Assembly: GCA_041905645.1 (NCBI GenBank)
Contig: JAYRKR010000001.1
Coordinates: 23,311-87,310 of the forward strand
Origin: Luteimonas sp.
Lineage (GTDB): Bacteria > Pseudomonadota > Gammaproteobacteria > Xanthomonadales > Xanthomonadaceae
Direction: 5' to 3'
Length of the DNA: 64,000 bases
The position numbers and the translations under genes were made by a program. Below the pieces are notes generated by a model, which had not been told where the DNA came from, did no database searches, and was given only the letters and a program-made list of their open reading frames with translations. Below are positions 54,938 through 63,368 of this stretch, piece after piece (position 1 is the first letter of the stretch; each line of letters opens with the position of its first letter).

Positions 54938-57900
54938 TCAGACAGGCTGCGTCGACGGCGATTTGCGCCGCAGCAGCGTGTAATACAGCAGGGGGATCAC
55001 CACCAGCGTCAGCACCGTGCTGACCAGGATGCCGAAGATCAGCGAAACCGCCAGGCCATTGAAGATCGGATCGTCGAGGATGAAGAACGCGCCCAGCATC
55101 GCCGCCAGCGCGGTCAGCGCGATCGGCTTGGCGCGCACCGCGCAGGCCTCGATCACCGCGTCGGCCGGCGCCAGGCCCGCATCCAGGGAGTGGTTGATGA
55201 AGTCCACCAGCAGGATCGAGTTGCGCACGATGATGCCGGCCAGCGCGATCATGCCGATCATGCTGGTGGCGGTGAACTGCGCGCCCAGCAGCGCGTGGCC
55301 GGGCATGACCCCGATCACGGTCAGCGGGATCGGCGCCATGATGATCAGCGGCACGACGTAGCTGCGGAACTGCGCCACCACCAGCAGGTAGATCAGCAGC
55401 ATGCCGGCGGCGTAGGCGATGCCCATGTCACGGAAGGTCTCGTAGGTGATCTGCCATTCGCCGTCCCACTTGACCGCGAAATCGCTGGTGTCCCGCGGCT
55501 GGGCGATGAAGGTCTGCTGCAACGCCTCCCCGGCGACCTCGTGCTCGCGAAGCTGGCCGACCAGGTCGAACATGCCGTACAGCGGGCTGTCGAGTTTCCC
55601 TGCTTCATCGCCGGTGACGTAGACCACCGGCAGCAGGTCCTTGTGGTGGATGGCACCGTCCCACGGCTCGCGCTGCACGCGCACCAGCTCGGAGATCGGC
55701 ACCAGCTGGCCCTGCCCTGCGCGTACGCGCAGGGCGAGCAGGCGGTCGAGATCGGCCTGGTCGGCAATCGGGAGCCGCAGCCGCACCGGGCGCGGATACT
55801 TCGAGCGGCCGTCGTGGATCCAGGTTGCGTCGAAACCCGACACCGCGGTCGCCAGCGCGTCGCTGATCGCCGACTGCGGCACGCCCAGGCGCGCGGCGCG
55901 CACGCGGTCGACGACGAGGGTTTCCCGTGGCGCGGGGTTTTCCACGCTGGTGTCGATGTCGACGATGCCTTCGGTCGCGGCGAAGCGCTTCTCCAGCGCC
56001 AGCGCCACCTGCTGGCTTCGCGCGTAGTCGGGACCGTAGACCTCGGCCACCAGCGGCGCCAGCACCGGCGGACCGGGCGGCACTTCGACCACCTTGACCG
56101 ACGCGCCGTGGCGGCGGCCGATCTTCGCCAGCGCCGGACGCAATGCGCGCGCGATCTCGTGGCTCTGGCGCTTGCGTTCGTGCTTGCCGACCAGGTTGAC
56201 CTGCAGGTCGCCGACGTTGCTGCCGCTGCGCAGGAAGTATTGCCGCACCAGGCCGTTGAAGTTCATTGGCGCCGAAGTGCCCGCATAACCCTGGTAGTCG
56301 AGCACCTCGGGCACGCGCGCGACGGCGGTGCCCAGGTCGACCAGCAGCGCGTTGGTGTCCTCCAGCGTGCGTCCCTCCGGCAGGTCGACCACCACCTGGA
56401 ACTCGGACTTGTTGTCGAACGGCAGCATCTTCAGCACCACCAGCTGCACCACCGCCAGCGACGCCGCCAGCACCACCAGCGCCGCCATGCCGCCAAACAG
56501 CATCATCCGCCGGCGCGGCGCGCGGTCGCCGGCAAGGAACGGCCGCATGAGCCGGCCGAACAGGCGGTGCAGGCGTGTTTCGTCTCCTTTGCGATCCGCA
56601 TGGTCGGCAGCTGGGTGTGCCGGCGCGTGCCGCTTCAGCAGCTTCAGCGACAGCCACGGCGTCACGATCAGCGCGATCGCCAGCGACAGCAGCATGCCGG
56701 CCGAGGCGTTGATCGGGATCGGCCGCATGTACGGCCCCATCAGGCCGGACACGAAGGCCATCGGCATCAACGCGGCGATCACGGTGAACGTCGCCAGGAT
56801 GGTCGGGCCGCCGACTTCGTCCACTGCCGGCGGGATCGCTTCGAACAGGCGCTTGCCGCCCAGCGCCATGTGGCGATGGATGTTCTCGACCACCACGATG
56901 GCGTCGTCGACCAGGATGCCGATCGAGAAGATCAGCGCGAACAGCGACACCCGGTTGAGGGTGAAGCCCATCGCCCACGACGCGAACAGGGTCAGCGCAA
57001 GCGTCAGCACCACCGCGCTGCCGATCACCACGGCCTCGCGCCAGCCCAGCGCGAACAGCACCAGCAGCACTACCGAACCGGTCGCGAACATCAGCTTCTG
57101 GATCAGCTTCTGCGCCTTGTCGGTGGCGGTCCGGCCGTAGTCGCGCGTGACCTCGACGTGCACGCCGGCCGGGATCAGCTCGCCGCGCAGCTGCGCGATG
57201 CGCCTGGTGATGGCGCCGGTGATGTCGGCGGCGTTGCTGCCGGGCTTCTTGGCGATCGCGATGGTCACCGCCGGCGCCTCGCCGGTCGCGGGGCCGCCGC
57301 GAGCCACGGGTGCGCCGTACCAGACGTAGCTGGAGGCGACGTCGGCGCCGTCCCGGATGTCGGCGACATCCGACAGCAGCAGCGGACGGCCGTCGCGCAG
57401 GCCGATCACCAGGTCGGCGACATCCTCGCGCGAGGCCAGGAAGCGCCCGGCCGTCACCGGCACCGCCCCCTGCGCGCCGACCCGCTCGCCGACCTGGTGC
57501 ACCACGTTGGCCGCCTGCAGCGCCTGGATCAGGTCGCCGGCGGCGAGGTGGTAGGCGGCGAGCCTGGCCGGATCGAGCGTCACCACCACCGCGCGCTGCG
57601 GCGCGCCGATGGTGTAGACGTCGCGGGTGCCTGACACGCGCTTGAGTTCGGTTTCCAGCGTATGCGCCACTTCGGCCAGGTCGGTCGCGCTGCGGTGCGG
57701 GTCGTCGGTCCACAGCGTCAGCGCCATCACCGGTACGTCGTCGATGCCCTTGGGCTTGATCAGCGGCTGGCCGACGCCGATGCCCGGCGGCAGCCAGTCC
57801 TGGTTGGAGAACACCTGGTTGTACAGGCGCACGATCGCCGGCTGGCGCTCGACGCCGACGGTGTATTCGACCGTCAGCACCGCCATGCCCGGGCGGCTGA

Positions 57901-58198
57901 TCGAATAGACGTGCTTGATGCCCTCGATCTCGGACAGCTTCTGTTCCAGCGGCGTGCTGACCAGCTGCTCGACGTCGCGCGCGCTGGCGCCCGCGAACGG
58001 CACGAACACGTTGGCCATGGTCACGTCGATCTGCGGCTCTTCCTCGCGCGGCGTGATCAGCACCGCCATCAGCCCGAGCAGCAGGCCCATCAAAGCGAGG
58101 ATCGGCGTCAGCGGATTGGCCTGGAATGCCGCGGCCAGGCGGCCCGACAAGCCCAGCCGCGGTTGCGGCCGCGCGCGGTCGTCCGTGCGCTCAGTCAC
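54938..58198 (-). CDS. RND efflux transporter permease subunit
   Basis: 1086 aa with 12-TM AcrB-like architecture. GTG start overlapping the MFP stop. Confidence 0.9.
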   Translation of the reverse strand: MTERTDDRARPQPRLGLSGRLAAAFQANPLTPILALMGLLLGLMAVLITPREEEPQIDVTMANVFVPFAGASARDVEQLVSTPLEQKLSEIEGIKHVYSISRPGMAVLTVEYTVGVERQPAIVRLYNQVFSNQDWLPPGIGVGQPLIKPKGIDDVPVMALTLWTDDPHRSATDLAEVAHTLETELKRVSGTRDVYTIGAPQRAVVVTLDPARLAAYHLAAGDLIQALQAANVVHQVGERVGAQGAVPVTAGRFLASREDVADLVIGLRDGRPLLLSDVADIRDGADVASSYVWYGAPVARGGPATGEAPAVTIAIAKKPGSNAADITGAITRRIAQLRGELIPAGVHVEVTRDYGRTATDKAQKLIQKLMFATGSVVLLVLFALGWREAVVIGSAVVLTLALTLFASWAMGFTLNRVSLFALIFSIGILVDDAIVVVENIHRHMALGGKRLFEAIPPAVDEVGGPTILATFTVIAALMPMAFVSGLMGPYMRPIPINASAGMLLSLAIALIVTPWLSLKLLKRHAPAHPAADHADRKGDETRLHRLFGRLMRPFLAGDRAPRRRMMLFGGMAALVVLAASLAVVQLVVLKMLPFDNKSEFQVVVDLPEGRTLEDTNALLVDLGTAVARVPEVLDYQGYAGTSAPMNFNGLVRQYFLRSGSNVGDLQVNLVGKHERKRQSHEIARALRPALAKIGRRHGASVKVVEVPPGPPVLAPLVAEVYGPDYARSQQVALALEKRFAATEGIVDIDTSVENPAPRETLVVDRVRAARLGVPQSAISDALATAVSGFDATWIHDGRSKYPRPVRLRLPIADQADLDRLLALRVRAGQGQLVPISELVRVQREPWDGAIHHKDLLPVVYVTGDEAGKLDSPLYGMFDLVGQLREHEVAGEALQQTFIAQPRDTSDFAVKWDGEWQITYETFRDMGIAYAAGMLLIYLLVVAQFRSYVVPLIIMAPIPLTVIGVMPGHALLGAQFTATSMIGMIALAGIIVRNSILLVDFINHSLDAGLAPADAVIEACAVRAKPIALTALAAMLGAFFILDDPIFNGLAVSLIFGILVSTVLTLVVIPLLYYTLLRRKSPSTQPV

Positions 58199-59273
58199 GC
58201 TGGCGCTCCGCCTCGCGCTGCGCGGCCAGCGCCTGCGTGGCCGCGACCGGATCGGCGGCGATCGTCTCGCCCGGCTTCAGGCCCGCGAGCACCTCGACCC
58301 TGCCGCCGATGCTGCGACCCAGCCGCAGCTGGCGAAGGCGCAGGGTGCCGTCGGCGAGCACGTACACGCCATTGACCTCACCGCGCTGGACCAGCGCGCT
58401 GGCCGGGATCCGCACGATGCGCGGCCCCGCCGCGCCAGCCGACAGCGGAAACACGATGCGCGCGGTGGTGCCGGGCGCCGGCGCCTGTTCCAGATCGGGC
58501 AAGCCGATGCGCACCGTGACGCTGTGGGTCGCCGGATCGGCCGCGGGAAACACGATCACCTGCGCCGCCTCCACGCTGCGACCATCGGCCAGCTCCACGC
58601 GCGCACGACCGGACTCGCGGATCGCATCGGCCACCGATTGCGGCACCTGCACCTGGATGCGCAGCGCGCCTGGCGCATAGACCGTCATCAGCGGCTGCCC
58701 TGGCGCCACTGCCTCGCCGGGCTCCACGTCACGGCGACTGACGATGCCCGCATAGGGCGCTCGCACCACGGTGTAGTCGGTCTGCTGCCCCGCCTGCGCC
58801 AGCTGCGCACGCGCGGCGGCGACCGCGGCGACGGCCGAGTCGCGCGCGGCGCGCGCTTGGTCGATCTGCGCACGCGACACGTACCGGGTGGGCGCCAGCG
58901 CCACAAAGCGCCTGTAGTTCTGTTCGGCCTCCGCTGCGACCGCTTGCGCCGCGCGCAGCTGCGCGCGCGCGGTATTGACGCCGGCCTGCTGCTCGACCGC
59001 GGTCAGGCGCAGCAGCACCGCGCCGGCCTTGACGCGGTCGTCGACATCGGCCTCGACCGTCGTCACCCGACCGGTGGTTTGCGCCGATACCGTGGCCTGG
59101 CGCACCGCCTCGACCACGCCGTCCCAGGCGCGGGCGTCGGCCGACGTACCGGCGGCCACCGTCAGCGTCTGCAGCTTCGGCAGCGGCGGCGGTCGATCTG
59201 CCGCAGGTTCGCCACCGCAGGCGGCGAGCAGCAGCACGAGACCGACGCCCGGCCACCAGCGGGCCGGGCGCAT
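58191..59273 (-). CDS. RND efflux periplasmic adaptor subunit (lipoprotein)
   Basis: MRPARWWPGVGLVLLLAACGG lipobox and HlyD_D23-like repeats. Confidence 0.85.
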   Translation of the reverse strand: MRPARWWPGVGLVLLLAACGGEPAADRPPPLPKLQTLTVAAGTSADARAWDGVVEAVRQATVSAQTTGRVTTVEADVDDRVKAGAVLLRLTAVEQQAGVNTARAQLRAAQAVAAEAEQNYRRFVALAPTRYVSRAQIDQARAARDSAVAAVAAARAQLAQAGQQTDYTVVRAPYAGIVSRRDVEPGEAVAPGQPLMTVYAPGALRIQVQVPQSVADAIRESGRARVELADGRSVEAAQVIVFPAADPATHSVTVRIGLPDLEQAPAPGTTARIVFPLSAGAAGPRIVRIPASALVQRGEVNGVYVLADGTLRLRQLRLGRSIGGRVEVLAGLKPGETIAADPVAATQALAAQREAERQRD

Positions 59274-59295
59274 TCGCAGGACACGACGCACCGGC

Positions 59296-59511
59296 TCAGC
59301 GCACGCCGCAGCTGGCGGCGCCATCGCGGCCGATGCCGAGCCGGCGCATCACCATCGCCGCCGGGCAGAAGCCGGTAAACGCCGACTGGAACAGGTTCAG
59401 GCCGATGAAGGCGGTCAGCAGCCAGAACCACGGCGAGACGAACTGGGTCAGCGCGATGCTGATCAGGATCATCACGCCTGCAAAGGCCTGGACGGCGCGG
59501 TCGAGTGTCAT
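59296..59511 (-). CDS. DUF2892 (YgaP-like transmembrane domain) protein
   Basis: 71 aa. RAVQAFAGVMILISIAL...LNLFQSAFTGFCPAAMVMRRLG is the DUF2892 signature. Confidence 0.8.
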   Translation of the reverse strand: MTLDRAVQAFAGVMILISIALTQFVSPWFWLLTAFIGLNLFQSAFTGFCPAAMVMRRLGIGRDGAASCGVR

Positions 59512-59544
59512 GGAAGCTCTCCTTACGGGATGGATGGATTCGAT

Positions 59545-60105
59545 TCAGCGCAGCTGCGCCTGGCGCCGCGACAGCATCCGCAGAAGCGCGTTGTCGCGCA
59601 GGACGTAGTGGTGGAACAGCGCGGCCGCCGCGTGCAGGCCGACCAAGTAGTAGCCGACGGTGCCGATGGTTTCGTGGAGCTCCTCGACGTTGTCGGCGAG
59701 ACCCTCGTTCGTTGTGGCCAAGGCGGGCAACTCCAGACCGAAGAACGGGATCGTCTTGCCCTCGGCGCTGAGCAGCAGCCAGCCCAGCAGCGGCATGACC
59801 ACCATGAACAGGTACAGCGCCAGATGCATGGCGACCGCGGCGCGGTGCTGCCAGCGGCCGACCGCGGGCTGGATCCGCGGCGACGGCCCCCACAGCCGCA
59901 GCGCCAGCCGCAGCCACACCAGCGCGAACACCGACAGGCCCAGCATGAAGTGCCACTGCTTCAAGCCATCGCGCAAGTCGCTGCCCTTGGGATAGAACTC
60001 GCGCAATTCGATCGTTGCGTATACCGCCACCAGCAACAGCAACATCAGCCAGTGCATCGCGATCGACAGCGAGCCGTAGCGGTCGGTAGTGTTTTTCAGG
60101 CCCAT
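59545..60105 (-). CDS. Cytochrome b561 family protein (CybB-like)
   Basis: 186 aa. RYGSLSIAMHWLMLLLL...His ligands in four TM helices (HWLM, HFML, HLALY, HAAAALFHH). Confidence 0.85.
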   Translation of the reverse strand: MGLKNTTDRYGSLSIAMHWLMLLLLVAVYATIELREFYPKGSDLRDGLKQWHFMLGLSVFALVWLRLALRLWGPSPRIQPAVGRWQHRAAVAMHLALYLFMVVMPLLGWLLLSAEGKTIPFFGLELPALATTNEGLADNVEELHETIGTVGYYLVGLHAAAALFHHYVLRDNALLRMLSRRQAQLR

Positions 60106-60147
60106 GTCATCGTCTCCATTTCGGGATCGCTACGCATATCGACTCAC

Positions 60148-61440
60148 TCAGGAACCGCTACCTGTACCTGGCTTGAGACGTTCTATCCCCAGCGCCTTCA
60201 TCACGTACTTCTCGTAGACGGGTTCGGACGTACCGTGCCGCATCTTGTAGAGGAAGTATTTTTCGAACGCGAGCTTGGCCACGTGCACCCACTTGCCGAT
60301 CTTGGTCCAGGTCACGTTGCGCGGCGGGATCTGCGGCAGCGCGACGAAGGCCGCGCCGGTATCGCCCATGTCGGCCAGGCACACCGCGTTCCAGGTGCCT
60401 TCGAAGTCCGCGGGTTTGCCCGCGAGCTCGGCCTGGATATTGCGCACGATGGTGGTGACCATCGACTCGATCATGAAGCCGGTCTTGGGCGCGCCGGTCG
60501 GGATCGGCGTGGCCTCCACCGGCGGAATCGCCACGCACACGCCGGCCGAGAATATGTTCGGGTACTTGGGGCTGCGCTGGTGCTTGTCGACGATGACGAA
60601 GCCGCGCGGATTGCACAGCCCTTCCACTGCGGCCACGGCATCCACGCCCTTGAACGCGGGCAGCAGCATCGAGAACCTGAACGGCAACGTCTTTTCGCCG
60701 AGCGGCTGGCCCTGCGCGTCGTGCTCGACCACGGTCATTTCCCCGTCGCGCACCTCGGTCACCCTGGCGTTGACGGTCCAGCCGATATGGCGCTGGCGCA
60801 GTTCCGATTCCATCAATCCCTTCGAATCCCCCACCCCGCCCAGCCCCATGTGGCCGACGTAGGGCTCGCTGCTGACGAAGTGCATGGGCACCTTGTCGCG
60901 CAGCTTGCGGCGGCGCAGGTCGGCGTCGAGGATCATCGCGAACTCGTAGCCCGGACCGAAGCAGCTGGCACCCTGCACCGCGCCGACCACGATCGGGCCG
61001 GGATCCTTGAGGAAGGCCTCGTAGGCCTCCCACGCCGTCTGCGCGTGCGCGGTGGTGCAGACCGATTGCGTATAGCCGCCCTCGGGCCCGCTGCCGGGTA
61101 CCTCGTCGAAGGCCAGCTTCGGTCCGGTGCAGATCAGCAGGTAGTCGTAGTCCACGCGCTCGCCGCCGCCGCTGACGACTTGATTGGCGTCGGCATCGAT
61201 GCGCGTGACGGCCTCGCCGATGTAGCGGATGCCGTGCTTGCCGACGTGCTTGGCGACCGGCACCGTGATGTCCTCGGGCTTGCGCCAGCCGACCGCCAGC
61301 CAGGGATTCGAAGGCGTGAAGCCGAATGTCTCGCCCACGCCCACCAGCGTGATCTCGTGATCCTTGCCCAAGGTATCGCGCAACTCGTAGGCCGCGCTCA
61401 TTCCGCCCAGTCCCGCACCCATCACCACGAACTTCGCCAT
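60148..61440 (-). CDS. sqr: Sulfide:quinone oxidoreductase (type I SQR)
   Basis: MAKFVVMGAGLGGMSAAYE...SNPWLAVGW...GASCFGPGYEFAM...GVGDSKG...PKTGFMIESM is near-colinear with the Acidithiobacillus ferrooxidans SQR as I recall it. 430 aa. Confidence 0.9.
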   Translation of the reverse strand: MAKFVVMGAGLGGMSAAYELRDTLGKDHEITLVGVGETFGFTPSNPWLAVGWRKPEDITVPVAKHVGKHGIRYIGEAVTRIDADANQVVSGGGERVDYDYLLICTGPKLAFDEVPGSGPEGGYTQSVCTTAHAQTAWEAYEAFLKDPGPIVVGAVQGASCFGPGYEFAMILDADLRRRKLRDKVPMHFVSSEPYVGHMGLGGVGDSKGLMESELRQRHIGWTVNARVTEVRDGEMTVVEHDAQGQPLGEKTLPFRFSMLLPAFKGVDAVAAVEGLCNPRGFVIVDKHQRSPKYPNIFSAGVCVAIPPVEATPIPTGAPKTGFMIESMVTTIVRNIQAELAGKPADFEGTWNAVCLADMGDTGAAFVALPQIPPRNVTWTKIGKWVHVAKLAFEKYFLYKMRHGTSEPVYEKYVMKALGIERLKPGTGSGS

Positions 61441-61533
61441 GACGCTTCCTCCTGGATTGCGACGCCGACTTGGCGTCACCTTGCCGCGAGCGGCCCTATG
61501 GAACCCTGCCTGAGCCGAGATCAGAGCTGACTG

Positions 61534-61583
61534 CTTGACTAGAATATTAGTCTTATCTTATATTAGAGTCAAGTAATATTTAG
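61534..61583. promoter_or_regulatory. AT-rich inverted/direct repeat cluster (candidate BigR/SqrR-type operator plus divergent promoters)
   Basis: CTTGACTAGAATAT (61534-61547) and ATATTAGAGTCAAG (61560-61573) form an imperfect inverted repeat (12/14). An ATATTAG-like word occurs three times. This is the only strongly AT-rich patch between sqr and the rhodanese-bigR-blh operon. Confidence 0.5.
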
Positions 61584-61619
61584 CCCGCGCGGACTCCCGC
61601 CCTCAACAGGAGCATTCCG

Positions 61620-62006
61620 ATGTCGCAGACCGCTTCCGACCTCGTCGCCAAGGCCCGCGCCGAAATCCGCGAGATCGCTCCGCGAGACTATTTCTCCGAT
61701 CGCGCCAATTGCGTGCTGATCGACGTGCGCGAGCCGGCCGAGTTCGCCACCGGCCGCATCGAGGGCGCTATCAACATCCCGCGCGGCGTGCTGGAGTTCC
61801 AGGTCGACGCCGATCCGGCGGTGGCCAACGTCAGCGACCCCGCGCTGTCGCACAAGGAGCAGCGCCTCGTGCTCTATTGCCGCACCGGCGGCCGTGCCGC
61901 ATTGGCGGCGCAAAGCCTGCAGCGCATGGGCTTTACCGGCGTGTCTTCGATCGCCGGCGGCATCACGGGCTGGACGGAAGCCGGGCTGCCGGTCAGCGCG
62001 CGTTAG
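61620..62006 (+). CDS. Single-domain rhodanese sulfurtransferase
   Basis: 128 aa with the active-site loop CRTGGRA. AGGAG lies 8 nt upstream of the ATG. Confidence 0.9.
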   Translation: MSQTASDLVAKARAEIREIAPRDYFSDRANCVLIDVREPAEFATGRIEGAINIPRGVLEFQVDADPAVANVSDPALSHKEQRLVLYCRTGGRAALAAQSLQRMGFTGVSSIAGGITGWTEAGLPVSAR

Positions 62007-62015
62007 GCTCTACCG

Positions 62016-62384
62016 ATGCGCGATACTCGCCCCACAGACCGGCGCGCCCGCGCCGTTGCGATCGACCCCGAGGCCATGCGCGAGCACGCCGGAAACGCGG
62101 CGCAACTGCTTAAGTCGCTGGCCAATGAGAAGCGCCTGATGGTGCTGTGCCTGCTGGTCGACGGCGAACACTCGGTGGGCGAACTCAATGCCGAGCTCGA
62201 CCTCAGCCAGTCGGCGCTGTCGCAACACCTGGCCGTACTGCGCGCCGACGGTCTGGTCACGACCCGTCGCGAGGCGCAGACGATCTACTACTCGCTGGCC
62301 GCCGGATCCGCCCAGCGCATCATCGAAACCCTGCACGACATCTACTGCGGCGCGGCCGCTGTCGCGTGCAAGCGAACGTCATGA
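62016..62384 (+). CDS. bigR: ArsR/SmtB-family persulfide-sensing repressor (BigR/SqrR type)
   Basis: wHTH region (SVGELNAELDLSQSALSQHLAVLRADGLV). Cys45 and Cys111 are 66 residues apart, the same spacing as the sensing cysteines of BigR (42/108) and SqrR (41/107). Confidence 0.8.
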   Translation: MRDTRPTDRRARAVAIDPEAMREHAGNAAQLLKSLANEKRLMVLCLLVDGEHSVGELNAELDLSQSALSQHLAVLRADGLVTTRREAQTIYYSLAAGSAQRIIETLHDIYCGAAAVACKRTS

Positions 62385-63259
62385 ACAAGACCCTGCACAT
62401 CGAACCCTTCTTCCATCCGCCCACCGGCACCTGGTCCTACGTCGTGAAGCGCGGCCGCGACGCGGTGGTGATCGATCCGGTCCTGGACTACGACGCCAAG
62501 TCCGGCCGCATCGGCACCGAGAGCGCACGTGCGCTGCTGCGCCACGTGCATGACCGGCAACTGGTGGTGCACCGGATCCTCGAAACCCACGCCCACGCCG
62601 ACCACCTGACCGCGGCGACGTTCCTGCATGCGCGCACCGATGCGCCGATCGCCATCGGCGCGGGCATCCGCGACGTGCAGGCGCACTTCGCCGATGTGTT
62701 CGCCTTCGATCCGTCCGACCCATCCCTCGCCAGTGCCTTCGGTGCGTTGCTCGCCGATGGCGAAGTCGTCGAGGCCGGCGTCCTGCGCCTCGAAACCCTG
62801 GCCCTGCCCGGCCACACCGCCGACTCGCTCGGCTACCGCATCGACGGCAACGTCTTCATCGGCGACACCCTGTTCGCGCCCGATGTCGGCACCGCCCGCT
62901 GCGATTTTCCCGGCGGCAGCATCGACAAGCTTTACGACTCGATCCAGCGCCTCTACGCGCTGCCCGACGACACCGTGCTGTGGCTCTGCCACGACTACCC
63001 GCCCGAGGGACGCGAGCGCCGCGCCAGCGTCACGGTCGGCGAAAGCAGGCGCGACAACCGCATGCTCGCCGGCGACACCTCGCGGCAAGCGTTCACCGCT
63101 GCACGCCGGGACCGCGATGCGACGCTGCCCGCGCCGCAGCTGCTGTACCCCTCGCTGCAGGTCAACATCCGCGGCGGACGACTGCCCGAAGCGGAGGCGA
63201 ACGGCCGCCGCTACCTGCGCACGCCGCTGACGATCCAAGGCGTCGACGACGGCCTGTAG
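62381..63259 (+). CDS. blh: MBL-fold persulfide dioxygenase (Blh/ETHE1-like)
   Basis: ILETHAHADHLTAA and LPGHTADSLGY metal-binding motifs. The start overlaps the bigR stop (ATGA). 292 aa. Confidence 0.85.
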   Translation: MNKTLHIEPFFHPPTGTWSYVVKRGRDAVVIDPVLDYDAKSGRIGTESARALLRHVHDRQLVVHRILETHAHADHLTAATFLHARTDAPIAIGAGIRDVQAHFADVFAFDPSDPSLASAFGALLADGEVVEAGVLRLETLALPGHTADSLGYRIDGNVFIGDTLFAPDVGTARCDFPGGSIDKLYDSIQRLYALPDDTVLWLCHDYPPEGRERRASVTVGESRRDNRMLAGDTSRQAFTAARRDRDATLPAPQLLYPSLQVNIRGGRLPEAEANGRRYLRTPLTIQGVDDGL

Positions 63260-63368
63260 CGGGATCCGGACCGGTCCCACCACCCCATATCCATCGACGG
63301 TTCCGGGCGCAGTGCGCCGACGCCCGTCCCATGCAAGGCGGCACGCCGTGACCGTTCGAGCGGAATGA

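Noticed and set aside
55190-57713. 814-aa (+) and 702-aa (-) alternative-frame ORFs inside the RND permease gene
   Set aside because: Their composition is Arg/Gly/Pro/Ala-dominated with no domain signatures. The in-frame 1086-aa RND protein explains the region.
58975-61530. 851-aa + strand ORF across the MFP, DUF2892, cytochrome b561 and sqr genes
   Set aside because: It runs antisense through four well-supported minus-strand genes and is a GC-rich artefact.
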